64,000 bases of DNA. It comes from Eledone cirrhosa. Its lineage: Eukaryota. Positions 1 through 13,557 of this stretch are shown here, piece after piece. Below the pieces are notes generated by a model. It saw nothing but the letters and a program-made list of their open reading frames with translations, was not told the DNA's origin and did no database searches. The DNA is taken from the NCBI GenBank assembly GCA_964016885.1, contig OZ024743.1, positions 318,060,001 through 318,124,000 on the forward strand, written 5' to 3'. Each line of letters opens with the position of its first letter. Within the stretch, counting starts at the first letter, position 1. A program made the position numbers and the translations under genes.

Positions 1-725
1 AAGCTTGCATGCTCCGCTGGATGTGTAACAGTAATATACGTGAACGGCAAAGCATAAACGAACTAAGGAAAAAATTAGAGATAAGAGGGATCAGATGTTG
101 TTTACTCGAGAGAAGGCTACGTTGGTATGGACACGTGATGCGCATGAAAGTCGATAGCTGTATAACAAAGTGCAGGGCAATAAAGATAGACGGTAGTCAC
201 GGAATAGGCAGACCTAGAAAAACCTGGGACGAGCTGATAAACTCCGACATCACACACTTACACCTCTCCAAGACAATGTCACTGGACCGAGACCTTTGGC
301 GGTACTCAGTAACAGAGAAGACCCGCCTTACCTAAATATATAGTAAAACCTACTCCAGCCAGTAGGCATCTCTAACAAAATACACCCCGTCCCACCACCA
401 CCACCCCCACCCCATCCACACCACCCCCTTCTATGTAAAGTTATGTTGGTGCCGCGCCATCCAGGCCGAAACAAATGAGATCGTGTAGGTGTCACGACAA
501 AAAAACACACAGTCCACGCTGTAATGTGGCCGTGTAGGCAACACGGTAAAAACCTCCCAGACCCACACTGTAAATGTGGTTGGTGTTAGGAAGGGCATCC
601 AACTGTAGAAAACCTGCCAGAGAGTCCTATGCGAGCAAGACAATCACTCTTGCTTCAAGTGGGACTACCCCCGTCCAAACCCATGCAAGCGTGGAACACG
701 GACGTTAAACGTTGATGATGATGAT
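1..725 (+). mobile_element. RTE-clade LINE, subfamily A, 3' end
   Basis: ORF 9..335 with RRLRWYGHVMRM...GRPRKTW; ~390-bp 3' UTR ending in (TGA)n, then (TA)n. Confidence 0.9.
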
Positions 726-826
726 ATATATATATATATATATATAATATATATATATTATATATATATTATATATATTATATATATATATTATATATAT
801 ATATATATAATATATATATATAATAT

Positions 827-909
<83 letters not shown>

Positions 910-916
<7 letters not shown>

Positions 917-1887
917 TGGACAGCTTCCGTTACCTGGGTGACAAAATCAGCAGTGGGGGAGGGTGCTCTGAAAGTACAGTAGCTAGAGTCAGAACTGGGT
1001 GGAAAAAGTTCAGAGAGCTTATACCACTATTAGCCGCTAAAGGGTTCTCCCTAAAAATGAAAGGCAGGCTGTACGATGCCTGCATACGAACAGCAATGTT
1101 GCATGGCAGTGAGACCTGGGCATTGTGTGCAGAGGATATACGCAGACTAGAGAGAAACGAAGCTTGCATGCTCCGCTGGATGTGTAATAGTAATATACGT
1201 GAACGACAAAGCATAAACGAACTAAGGAAAAAATTAGAAATAAGAGGGATCAGATGTTGTTTACTAGAGAGAAGGCTACGTTGGTATGGTCACGTGATGC
1301 GCATGAAGGACGATAGCTGTATAACAAAGTGCAGGGCAATAAAGATAGACGGTAGCCACGGAATAGGCAGACCCAGAAAAACCTGGGACGAGCTGATAAA
1401 CTCCGACCTCACACACTTACACCTCACCAAGACAATGTCACTGGACCGAGACCTTTGGCGGTACTCAGTAATAGAGAAGACCCGCCTTACCTAAATACAA
1501 AGTAAAACCTACTACAGTCAGTAGGCATCTCTAACAAAATACACCCCCGTCCCACCACCCCCACCCCATCCACACCGCCCTCTTCTATGTAAAGTTATGT
1601 TGGTGCCACACCATCCAGGCCGAAACAAATGAGATCGTGTAGGTGTCATGACAAAAAACACACAGTCCACGCTGTAATGTGGCCGTGTAGGCAACACGGT
1701 AAAAACCTCCCAGACCCACACTGTAAATGTGGTTGGTGTTAGGAAGGGCATCCAATTGTAGAAAACCTGCCAGACAGTCCTATGCTAGCAAGACAATCAC
1801 TCTTGCCTCAAGTGGGAAAACCCCCGTCCAAACCCATGCAAGCGTGGAACACGGACGTTAAACGTTGATGATGATGATGATGATGAT
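910..1887 (+). mobile_element. RTE-clade LINE, subfamily A, 5'-truncated
   Basis: ORF 916..1494 (FRYLG thumb to C-terminus), same 3' UTR and (TGA)n tail, (TA)n on both sides. Confidence 0.9.
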
Positions 1888-1908
1888 ATATAATATATAT
1901 ATATATAT

Positions 1909-1952
<44 letters not shown>

Positions 1953-1961
1953 TATATATAT

Positions 1962-4900
1962 CTCGGTTGAGCACTCTATTGACTTATATTCATCATGCAG
2001 AAACAACATCTGAATATTTCTACAAAGAACATACCCGTACCAAGCAGGAAAACATACCTAAAACTCCTGATACAGAAAACAGACGCGTTCATTAAAAGGT
2101 TGCGTTGGCATGCCTTTTATTTCGATAATCCGCGAAGAGCAGACAACAAACAGGATAAATTTGGGTTTAAAACCTATAATAACACCCTGTGTAACCCAGC
2201 ATTGCTACCCTTCGAAAATGATGTCTTGGAACTCATATGGAGTATCAAATTTCGGAATAGGAGCAATTCCTTTCAGCAAGACCTGAAGAATAGAATTCGT
2301 TCTATTAAGGATTCTAATGCCGTGCACGTCCATTCCGACAAAACTGGCAACCTATATCAAGTGGAGCGCAGTACTTACCATCAACTACTACATAATGCTG
2401 TAACTAAGGATTACCGTAAAACTAATCGGTGCGTCATCAATGAAATCAACGATGCTGGGTTTAAAATCACATCTGATCTCAACATCCTGGACCGGACCGA
2501 ACCTCTGGACCCTATTTCTCCCCACTTTACCCTGAAGGATCACAAATCCAATTTTCCGAACAACCCCTCTATTCGGCTTATTAACCCTACGAAGTTCGAT
2601 TTAGGTAGACTTAGTAAAACGATTCTTGATAGAATTATACCTGAAATTAGAAGTTTGGCCCCTCTTGCACTGTGGAACAATTCTTTCGCGGTGATTGATT
2701 GGTTCAACGGCATATGTAACAAAGAACATTGCCGTTTTATCCAATTCGACATCAACAATTACTACTCCTCCATCACTTTACCACTTCTCCTTAGAGCTAT
2801 CAATTTCGCTAAAACACTCAAAGTGGTTAAGGATTTCGAAGTTGATGTCATCCTCAATGCCCGTAAGTCGGTGATTAATTTCGACGACTCTATTTGGATA
2901 AAAAAATCCAATAGTACCCCATTCGACGTGAGTATGGGCGCCAGCAATTTTGCGGAGGTTACTGATCTTATCGGCCTTTTCCTTCTTTTCTCTATCAAGG
3001 ACGAATTCCCCAACGCGGGCGGTGGTTTGTACCATGATGATGGTCTTTTGACCATGACTAAAAGAACTCACAGCCTTCTTTAAAGGCTTCAACCTCTCTA
3101 TACAGGTTGAGGCCAATCTCTCGGTCGTTAATTACCTCGACGTTACCCTCAATTTATTGAATGGGTTGTATTACCCGTATAGAAAGCCGAATGATACGCT
3201 TAATTATATAAGTAAGCATTCCAACCATCCTGCCAGCATAACCAAGAACCTGGTAAGAAACGTTTCGTTGAGGCTTTCCCGTCTATCTACTAACGAGCAT
3301 ATTTTCAACGACCATTCCACTTATTACAATGAAGCTCTTGCTCGGAGTGGATTTGTCGATAAGGTAGCATATACAGAGTACGAAAATAGACCCAGAAGAA
3401 ATAGATTCCGTCGCATTTGTTGGTATAACCCACCATATAATATGGAGGTGGCCACACCATTAGCTAAGATCTTTCTTTCCCTTATTACAAAGCATTTTCC
3501 CCCTACACATAAATATATTAAAATTTTTTACTCTACGACTCCTAACCTTGCACATAACATCACAGCTTCAAATTTAGCTAAACTACCTAGCCGTAGGAAC
3601 ACGTGCAACCCTGTAGTTAGTACTAACTGTAATTGTAGGAATCGGGTTGATTGCCCCCTATCCGGGAAATGCCTCTCTAGTAACATTGTCTACAAATGTA
3701 AGGTTGAAACACCCACGTCCCGTAGGGCCTACATAGGGTTAACCGGCAATAGGTTCAAGCAGCGTCTTTACATGCATACCCATTCTTTTCGTTACCCTCT
3801 AAGAAGGAATATGACGTCAATTTCAGCTTATATCTGGAGTCTAAAAGACAACCACACCCAATATAAGCTACACTGGGAGATCCTAGCTAGGGCTAGATCG
3901 TATAACGGAAATAAAAGACCATGTGACCTCTGCGCCGCCGAGGCCCTGGAAATACTATACGCCACGGACCACATCTTAAACAAAAAATCTGAGGCAATTT
4001 CGGCTTGTAAACATAAATTTCACAAAACTTTCCTGTATTACAGCCCCACGTTATACCCTAACGGATAGTACGATCTATACGTGGATATTTTACGTCTTGA
4101 TGTGGTAGCTAAGTATATGTTTTGTTTATACCATTACTTATTTGCATAGGTAAGTATGTATTATCTGTATGTTTTGTGAAGGTACGTATACCTTCTCGTA
4201 CGTATAATTGATTGTATATGTTATGGCGTATAATTTAATATATTCTGGTACATATGGTTTGGTTACGTGTATACGGGAGTTTTGCGTCTGTGTGTGTATG
4301 CAGGTTCGTACGTATGTAGGGTGTGTGTATATGTATACTTCATGTTTTGGTTGACTTACGTCCCCGAACATTTGTGTATTTACATGTAGGTATGTGTGTG
4401 CGTTTGTTATATACGTATTTATTTATTTATATACGTTTATTTAATTATTTATTTATTTGTATACACGCATACACACACACACATATTTATATGTGCGTGG
4501 TTTTGTATACCCATGGTAAGTGTTTTCGTGTATGCTTGTGTATGTACGTATTTGTATGCGTGTATTTATTTAATTTCTATTACTTCTGTATTGTATTTAT
4601 TTACTTTGTTCTTAACCCTGAAGCGGAGATTCATTCGGTCTCCTAGTTAGAATTTTAGTCTACGACTTCTGCTATACCATTTACGTGGTTTTGTCTATGA
4701 CGTATTATCTTCGTTTTTTTCGTTCATTGCCAGAGAACGTCTCTATTAACCACCTAAGAGAACATTAGTCTACGACTTCTTTTATACCATAAACGTGGTT
4801 CTGTCTTTGCGCGTAATTGTTTTTCACCGCTCCTATTAATGACGTATTATATTCGTTTTTTCCCCGTTCTTTGCCAGGGAACGTTTCCACGAACCAAAGT

Positions 4901-5137
4901 ATCGTCTTCCTGTCTTCCTCCGGTTGCAACGTTTTTTTAAATATCCACTTCTGCGTTTACAGATTGACTTTGTTAGTTTCAGAAGATCCCGTTAAGGGTG
5001 AAAGCAGCGATTCTTTGCTTAAACTTTAATCTGTTATTTTAATAAATATTTGCTCTACGGTTCTTATATATTTGATATATATTTATCCTTATTGAGCCCT
5101 CTTTGGATTTTAGTCTTCAAATTTATTATTATTACTA
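1962..5137 (+). mobile_element. Penelope-like retroelement (RT + GIY-YIG endonuclease), probably Naiad-type, near full length, frameshifted
   Basis: ORF 1995..3083 has RT motifs FDINNYY, MGA, YHDDGL. After a deletion/frameshift at ~3060 it continues NYLDVTL, YRKP, WYNPPY, CNCRNRVDCPLSGKC, IVYKC..YIGLT..FKQR (GIY-YIG), CDLC..E, LNKKSE. 3' pLTR-like region follows; both ends abut (TA)n. Confidence 0.9.
4975..5025 (+). ncRNA. Atypical or degenerate hammerhead-ribozyme-like motif in Penelope 3' region
   Basis: AGTTT-CAGAAGA-tCCCgttaaGGGt-GAAA-GCA..TGC-TT-AAACT: type I topology, but core reads CAGAAGA rather than CUGANGA; second copy at 39122-39180. Confidence 0.4.
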
Positions 5138-5148
5138 CATATATATAT

Positions 5149-5187
<39 letters not shown>

Positions 5188-7141
5188 CGTCATCATCATC
5201 ATCATCAACGTTTGACGTCCGTGTTCCACGCTTGCATGGGTTTGGACGGGGGTATTCCCACTTGAGGCAAGAGTGATTGTCTTGCTCGCATAGGACTGTC
5301 TGGCAGGTTTTCTACAGTTGGATGCCCTTCCTAACACCAACCACATTTACAGTGTGGGTCTGGGAGGTCTTTACCGTGTTGCCTACACGGCCGCATTACA
5401 GCGTGGACTGTGTGTTTTTTTGTCGTGACACCTACACGATCTCATTTGTTTCGGCCTGGATGGTGTGGCACCAACATAACTTTACATAGGAGGGGGTGGC
5501 GGTGGTGGGACGGGGGTGTATTTTGTTAGAGATGCATATTGGCTGTAGTAGGTTTTACTATGTATTTAGGTAAGGCGGGTCTTCTCTATTACTGAGTACC
5601 GCCAAAGGTCTCGGTCCAGTGACATTGTCTTGGAGAAGTGTAAGTGTGTGAGGTCGGAGTTTATCAGCTCGTCCCAGGTTTTTCTAGGTCTGCCTATTCC
5701 GTGGCTACCGTCTATCTTTATTGCCCTGCACTTTGTTATACAGCTATCGACTTTCATGCGCATCACGTGTCCATACCAACGTAGCCTTCTCTCGAGTAAA
5801 CAACATCTGATCCCTCTTATTTCTAATTTTTTCCTTAGTTCGTTTATGCTTTGCCGTTCACGTATATTACTATTACACATCCAGCGGAGCATGCAAGCTT
5901 CGTTCCTCTCTAGTCTGCGTATATCCTCTGCACACAATGCCCAGGTCTCACTGCCATGCAACATTGCTGTTCGTATGCAGGCATCATACAACCTGCCTTT
6001 CAATTTTAGGGAGAACCCTTTAACGGCTAATAGTGGTATAAGCTCTCTGAACTTTTTCCATCCAGTTCTGACTCTAGCTACTGTACTTTCAGAGCACCCT
6101 CCCCCACTGCTGATTTTGTCACCTAGGTAACGGAAGCTGTCCACTATTTCTATAGAGCCCTCTGCGCAGTTGTAAGAGCTAGTATTTTGTGGGCACTTGC
6201 TGCTACTTATTGCACCAGAGCACAGGCCACATGTAAAATCTATGTTCTTAGTTAGCTTACCTGTGATCCCACTACATCTTTTATGCACCCATACTTTGCA
6301 TTTGGGACATAAAATGGAGTTTCTACCTACGCCTTTCCTACACGCTGAGCATGGCCATTTCCCGGAAGGGACCGCCGCCTTATTTTCTTTCCTACAAACT
6401 AGAACTTTAGTCTTAGCCAGGTTAATTTTAAGGCCTTTTGATTCTAGGCCGTGCTTCCATGTTTGGAATTTCTTCTCTAGCTCGGCCATTGATTCCGCTA
6501 TGAGTGTCAGGTCGTCTGCGTATAGGAGTTCCCATGGGCAGCCTGTCTTGAACTCCTCTGTTATAGGGCAATAATAAATAGTAGGGGGCTGAGAACAGAA
6601 CCCTGATGGACGCCAACTTTTACGCTAAACTCTTCACTATATTCGTTGTTAATTCTAACCTTGCTGACTGTTTCTTTATACATGGCTTATATAGCTCTCA
6701 CAAGCCATTCGTCGACACCTAGTTTTCTAAGGGCCCACCAGATAATGGAACGGGGGACTCTGTCGAAGGCTTTCTCCAAGTCGACAAAAGCTAAGTAGAG
6801 TGGTTACCTTTAGCTAGGTACTTCTCCTGTAGTTGACGTACAATGAAAAGAGCGTCTGTGGTACTTTTGCCTGACACAAACCCGAACTGCATTTCATCTA
6901 GGTCAATTCTCTCTCTGATTAGTTGCGCAATTACTTTTTCCGTGACCTTCATGACCTGGTCGAGTAATTTAATGCCTCTATAGTTACTCCTATCTAGGGC
7001 ATCTCCTTTACCCTTATAACAGTTAACGATGATGCTGCTATGCCAGTCCTTCGGAACAACCCCATTCTGTACGACTTGGTTAACTATCCGGGTGACCATG
7101 GTGTGTCCCACCGTGCCAGATGCCTTCAGCATCTCAGCAAC

Positions 7142-7143
<2 letters not shown>
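5188..7143 (-). mobile_element. RTE-clade LINE, subfamily A, 5'-truncated
   Basis: ORFs 6791..7219 and 5566..6489 (NYRGIKLL, QFGF, YADD region, FRYLG); small deletion/frameshift at ~6567; (CAT)n tail at 5188. Confidence 0.9.
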
Positions 7144-7202
<59 letters not shown>

Positions 7203-7393
7203 TTATTTGTCTGACCCAAATTTTTTTCGGCTGTGCGAATGATTGTTTAAGCATCGTCTCAGTGTGTTGGTATTTAAACGTAAGTTATAGCTCTGGTTTA
7301 TCCAAACTATTGAACACTTTGCTACGCATCTCGAAGATTGTGTTTCGTTATTTCGTGGGCCGAGATTCCGATTCTCGATAATTTATTTGTATT

Positions 7394-7449
<56 letters not shown>

Positions 7450-7451
7450 TC

Positions 7452-10210
7452 AACATCATCATCATCACCGTTTTACGTCCGTTCTTCCACGCTAGCATGG
7501 GTTAGACGGGTCGTCCTGTTGTAGTCAGTGCCTGGTCGGCTGACCATGCCTTGCTCATACAGGTACTGATTTTGGCTTGATTTCTACAGCTGGATGCCCT
7601 TCCTAATACCAACCTCATTTACAGTGAGTGCTGGGTCTTTTTCGTGGCGCCTACACGTCCACTTTACAGTGTGGGCTGGGTGCTTTTTTGCCGTGGCACC
7701 TCCACGACCGATTTGCAGTGGGAGGGTGTGGGGGCATATTGTCTATATGCTTCAGCTTGTGCCAATGGGAGGTCGGGTACTCTGTATTACTGCATGACGC
7801 CAGAGGTCACGGTCGTGTGTCATCGCCTTTGAGAGGTGTAATTGGGTAAGGTCGGCTTTTATCACCTCATCCCAGGTCATCTTGGGTCTCCCCACTCCGC
7901 GGTTTCCATCGACTTCTAGTGCTCTGCACCTTTTTATGCAGCTGTCATCCTTCATACGCATCACATGTCCATACCAACGTAACCGCCTCTCCTGCACACA
8001 GCATTTGATTCCTCTTATGCTCAGTCTCTCTCTCAATTTATTTATGCTTTGTCGTTCGCGTATATTACTATTACACATCCATCGGAGCATGCAGACTTCG
8101 TTTCTCTCTAATCTACGTAAGTCTTCCACCTTCAGTGCCCAGGTCTCACTACCATGTAACATTGCTGTTCGGATACACGCATCATACAGTCTGCCTTTCA
8201 TTTTGAGGGAGAAGCCTTTTGCAGCTAGCAGTGGTAGTAGTTCCCTGAACTTCTTCCATCCCGTTCTTACCCTAGTTATTGTACTTTCTGAACACCCACC
8301 TCCGCTGCTAATTCGGTCACCTAGGTAGCAGAAGCTGTCTACTGTCTCTACAGAGCCCTCCCAGAGATTGGTGGTACTTGTTTCTGTGGCTGTTTGCTGC
8401 TTGCTGTCCCAGTACAGCTGCTGCATGTGAAGCCTACATTCTTAATTAAGCTTCCTGAGATCCTGCTACATCTCTTGTGTACCCATTGTTTGCATTTGGG
8501 GCAGAGAATGGAGTTCCTACCTACACCTTTCCTACATACTGAGCAAGGCCATTTCCCTGATGGGATCTGGGTTCTGTTTTCTCCTCTACTTACAAGGACC
8601 TTAGTCTTTGTCAGGTTGACTTTGAGACACTTTCTTTCTAGTCCCTGCTTCCAAGTTTGGAATTTCTTCTCTAGTTCTACCATAGATTCAGCTATAAGTG
8701 CGAGGTCATCTGCATACAGGAGTTCCCATGGGCATCCGGTCTTAAGCTCCTCCGTTATTGCCTGCAGGACTATGATGAACAGGAGAGGGCTAAGAACAGA
8801 GCCCTGGTGGACCCCAACCTGTACGCTAAATTCCTTGCTATACTCATTGCTAATCCTAACTTTGCTGACTGCTCCCCTATACATGGCTTGTACCGCTTTC
8901 ACAAGCCATTCATCTACTCCTAGTTTTCTAAGAGCCCACCAGATTACAGCACGTGGAACTCTGTCAAAGGCTTTCTCAAGGTCGACAAATGCCAGGTAGA
9001 GTGGCTTACTTTGAGCTAGGTACTTTTCCTGTAACTGCCTCACAAGGAAGAGGGCATCAGTGGTGCCTCTTCCTGGTACAAACCCAAATTGCATCTCGTC
9101 TAGTTTCACCCGGTCCCTAATCAACTGTGCTATAACTCTTTCTGTTACTTTTATGACCTGGTCCATCAGCTTTATACCTCTATAGTTTCCTCTATCTAGT
9201 GCATCACCTTTACCTTTGTAGCAGTTTACAATGATGCTACTGCACCAATCTTTTGGTATGACACCTTCTAGTATTACCGGGTTAACAATACGTGTGGTTA
9301 TAGTGTGACCTACAGACCCAGATGCCTTCAGCATCTCGGCAGCTATACCCGATGGACCGGTTGCCTTCCCCATCTTCATATCTTTGATTGCCTTACTTAC
9401 TACGTTGCTGCTGACTTGTAGTGCTGGCCCCTCTATAGGGTCTACTTGGGGTAGGGTCTCTTCATTCTCTTCATTTAGTAATCTATCATAATGACTCTTC
9501 CATGCATCTTTCTTCTCAGCACTTGTGAGGGCAAGCTCACCTTTATCATTCCGGATACACTTCTCTCCAATGACATCACAACTCTCTCTGACACACTGCC
9601 TCGCAATCTTGAACACCTCCTGTTTCTGGTCCTCACGTTGCAAAACATGCTTGAATTTTCTATCCTCTGCTTCCCTTCTAGCTAAGTATACTTGTCGCCT
9701 AGCTTCCCTCTTGGTCTCTATGTAATGTACCCTGCTCCCCCCATTCTTCCATTCTTTCCATGCCTGTCTCTTGGCCTTAACTGCCTCATCTACCTTATTG
9801 TTCCACCACCAAGTCACTCTCCTCCTGCTTGAGGTCTTACTCCAGCCACAGACCTCATCCGTCGCTTCTAGTAAGTTATTTTTTAGGAACTCCCAGTTCT
9901 CTACTACATTGAATGTCTCTACCTGTTCTTCTTTACTGTCGTAGGCGTTGAGTAAAATATCATTAAATCTGTTACTGGTTGAGGGGTCTTTCAGCTTCCA
10001 GATCTTTCTTCTCCAGGTTGGCCTCTGTTTCCAGGTTCGTCTAGTTCTGACTGTGAGGTCACTGACAACTAAGCTACGTTGGGATGTACATTCCGTACTA
10101 GGGAAGGCTTTTGTGTTTATGACCGTCCATCTGTCACATCCTCTGATGAGGATAAAATCTATCTGACTAGAGTGCTCCCCTGATCTATAGGTGATCAGGT
10201 GGTTGTCGGG
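7452..10210 (-). mobile_element. RTE-clade LINE, subfamily B, 5'-truncated
   Basis: ORFs 8348..9817 (TWWWN, DLEKAFD, HQGSVLSP, YADD) and 7752..8426 joined by a frameshift; endonuclease C-terminal remnant (SQIDFIL) near 10150-10170. Confidence 0.9.
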
Positions 10211-10674
10211 TTTTTTAAAGTTTGTGTTACATATCGACTTGTCATTGGCGTCGCAGAATATATATATATATATATATATATATACAAAGGAAAATGATGA
10301 AGTTTCGTTTAGATGTAGCTATTTATTTTTTTATTGTGTATCGAACTGTTATGCATGTTTTGTTTTTGTCAAATCACCAGTCTGATGAGTTGATCGATAA
10401 TAGAGTCTAGTCCATAACTTCTATGGTTGACGTGACCCAACTTGCCTCAAAAGGGACAACCCGTTTAACCCATGTGGCTTGGAAAAATGGATGTTAAACA
10501 GTGATGATGATATATATATATATTCTTTTACTCTGTTACCTGTTCCAGCCATTCGGCTGTCCAATGGCTGAGCTGAATCATCAGACACTAACTTTTCACT
10601 ATACATACACTCGACTTTCCCAAGTATCAAGTACTTAGCTGAACATAGTCTTACTAGTCTAAACTGCTAACTCT

Positions 10675-10719
<45 letters not shown>

Positions 10720-10721
10720 TA

Positions 10722-10751
<30 letters not shown>

Positions 10752-10752
<1 letters not shown>

Positions 10753-13160
10753 CATCATCATCATCATCATTGTCATCATTTTACGTCCACTTCTCCCTGC
10801 TTGCAAGGGTTGGATGGGTCCTATTCAGCACAGCATCTCTCCACTTGTCACGGTCCTTCGTCATCTCCTCCGTGAGTTTCAGCGATCTGAGATTTGCTCG
10901 CACGACCTCCGCCCATGCTTTTTGTGGTCTACCTCTACTGCGTCTTCCCTCCACTGGGACTTCCTGGCACTTCTTCACCCATCGGTCATCCTCCATGTGC
11001 ATCACATGTCCATACCATCTCAGCCTTTTCTCCTGCACACTACAATTTATCCCTCTTACACCAAGTTTCTTTCTCAACTCGTCTATGCTTGGCCGTTCAC
11101 ACACATCCAACGGAGCATATATGCTTCATTTTTCTCCAGCCGTCGCTTATCTTCTGCAGTTGCTGCCCATGTCTCTCTACCATGCAGCATCGCGCATCCC
11201 ACACAGGCATCATATAACCGTCCCTTCGTACGCAGGGAGAAACCCTTCTTTGTCAACAGAGGAAGCAGCTCCCTAAACTTCTTCCAACCTGTCCTTATTC
11301 TAGATACTATGGCCCCAGAACACCCCCTTCCCATGCTAATCTGATCACCTAGGTACCGGAAGCTATCAACCACTTCTATAGAACCCACCTGCATTGGAAA
11401 AATGAGTCTATCACAGCGAATACTACTGCCAACTTTCCCTGTACATCTACTGCATATGTAGTTTTACCTACCTGTTAGTTTGCCTGCTATCCCACTACAT
11501 CTCTTGTGTACCCAGGATCTGCATTGCGTACATTTTATGGAATTTATGCCAGTTCCTTTCCTACATATCGAACATGGCCATTTCCCTGATGGAATCAGAG
11601 TATTGTTCTCTCTTCTACTTATCAACACCTTTATTTAAGCTATGTTCACTCTCAGGCCTCTTGATTCCAACTGCTGTTTCCATAGCCAGAATTTATTCTC
11701 TAGCTCCTCTATTGATTCTGATATAAGAACCAGATCATCAGCATAGAGAAGTTCCCATGGGCATCCAGTCCTAAACTCCTCTGTTATGGCTTGGAGGACT
11801 ATAATGAACAAGAGCAGGCTGAGGATAGAACCTTGATGTACACCTACTTGTATCTGGAATTCCTCATTAAACTCCATTCCTATTCCCACTTTACTGACAG
11901 AACCCCTGTACATAGCCTGCACTGTCCTCACAAGCCATTCCTCTACACCTAGTTTCCTTAGGGACCACCAGATGACAGATCGGGTTACCCTATCAAAGGC
12001 CTTCTCTAGGTCAACAAAAGTTAAGTATAGTGGCGTATTCTTCTCTAAGAACCTCTCTTGTAGTTGCCTCACTATGAAGAGGGCATCTGTTGTACTTTTC
12101 TGAGGCACAAAACCAAACTGCATCTCATCTAAATTGACCCTTTCTCTAATCAGTTACGCTAATATTCTCTCTGCCACTTTCAAACCTGATCCATCAGCTT
12201 TATGCCCCTATAATTGCTCCTCTCTACAGCATCCCCTTCACCTTTGTAACAATTTATGAGAATACTGCTGCACCAGTCTTTGGGTATTACACCACCATAT
12301 ATAGCTTGATTAATGATGCGTGCAACTAGTTTAGTGCCTACTTCTCCTGAAGCCTTCAGAATCTCAGCAACTATCTCCAACGGCCCAGCAGCCTTACCAT
12401 TCTTCATTTCCTTAATTGTCTCTTGTACCCTATATTCGTCAATCTCAATAGCTGGTCTCTCTGTTGGGTCTACTGGGGGTAATTCCTCTCTGTCCCATCC
12501 ATTCTCTACATTCGTCAGAGAGCATAATGACATTTCCAGGCCTCCTTCTTTTGATCATTCGTGACACTAAGTACACCGGCATCATTCCGGACACACTTAT
12601 CTCCAATAACATCCTGATTTGCACTGACACACTGCCTTGCAATGCGGAACACCACACGTCTCTGATCTTCCCGTCGCAGAACAATGGCAAACCTCCTACT
12701 CTTAGCCTCCTTGCGTGCTAAGTACACCAGATGTCTAGCTTCTCTCTTAGCGGCTGTGTATCCGTCTCTACTCCCACCATTTTTCCAAGCTTTCCATGCC
12801 AGTCTTTTGTCTCTAATCTACCGTGCTGTTCCACCACCAGGTCACTCTCTATCTGGTTGAAGCTCTGCCCCAACCACAAGTTTCTTCAGTAGCCTGCAGT
12901 AAGTTGTCACGCAAGAAATTCCAGTTATCATCTATGTCATACAACTCTAAATCGTCTTCTTTTTCATTGTACGCATCTTGAAGGGCTTTGCTAAATTTAT
13001 ATTTTAATGAAAGGTCTTTTAGCTTCCAGACCTTTCTTTTCCACACCTTTCTGTATGTCTCATTCTTTCTCTTGATTACTGAGATGTCACTAACGACTAA
13101 CCTATGCTGTGGGGTATATTCTTCCCCAGGGTAAGCCTTAGTATTTGACACCAACCTCTT
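10752..13160 (-). mobile_element. RTE-clade LINE, subfamily C, degenerate, almost no 3' UTR
   Basis: Fragmented ORFs 12849..13154, 12515..12727, 12180..12533, 11635..12123, 11083..11394, 10781..11110; the ORF runs into the (ATG)n tail. Confidence 0.88.
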
Positions 13161-13417
13161 CCATCCCCATCACCTTTCACACCCTAGCCCCCAGTCTACA
13201 CTGTAAAGTTGTCATGTAGGTGTCAGGACAAAAAGCACCCAGTACACACTATAATATGGTTGACGTTAGGAAAGGTATTCAGCTGTAGAAACCAAGTCAA
13301 AATTAGTTCTGTGTGAGTAAAGCACACTCATCTGATTTGGCTTGTCTTGCAGCAGGACAACTCATCTAACCCATACTAGCATGGAAAAATGGACGTTAAA
13401 CGGTGATGATGATGATA
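13160..13417 (+). mobile_element. RTE-type 3' UTR/tail fragment
   Basis: GTTAGGAAAGGTATTCAGCTGTAGAAA...CCCATACTAGCATGGAAAAATGGACGTTAAA-(TGA)n. Confidence 0.75.
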
Positions 13418-13557
13418 ATACTTTTGCACCAATTTTAACTATATGTATATAATGTTATATATATATTTTTTCTCTATCACCAATTTATATTGCAGATATA
13501 TTTTAGCTATATGTTATGTATATAATGTTATATATATATATATATTTTTTTTTCTAG

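Noticed and set aside
4612-4660. CTGAAGC plus GGAGA/TCTCC hairpin as a hammerhead
   Set aside because: A9 and GAAA are missing in both copies.
4069-5137. SECIS element in the Penelope 3' region
   Set aside because: No in-frame UGA in the ORF and no clear AUGA/AA/GA stem recognisable by eye.
5630-6574. Long antisense ORFs over RTE, hAT and gypsy coding regions
   Set aside because: Shadow frames of TE coding sequence with no domain signatures.
7204-7394. CpG-containing unique islands (also 10210-10380) as the missing first exon or promoter of PPP1R37
   Set aside because: No RVxF/DPW-encoding frame with a phase-1 donor was found, so they cannot be assigned.
10375-10436. Possible hammerhead (CTGATGA with a GTTGATC/GGTTGAC stem)
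   Set aside because: Followed by GTGA instead of GAAA and then an RTE tail; no stem III or stem I partner. At best a truncated relic.
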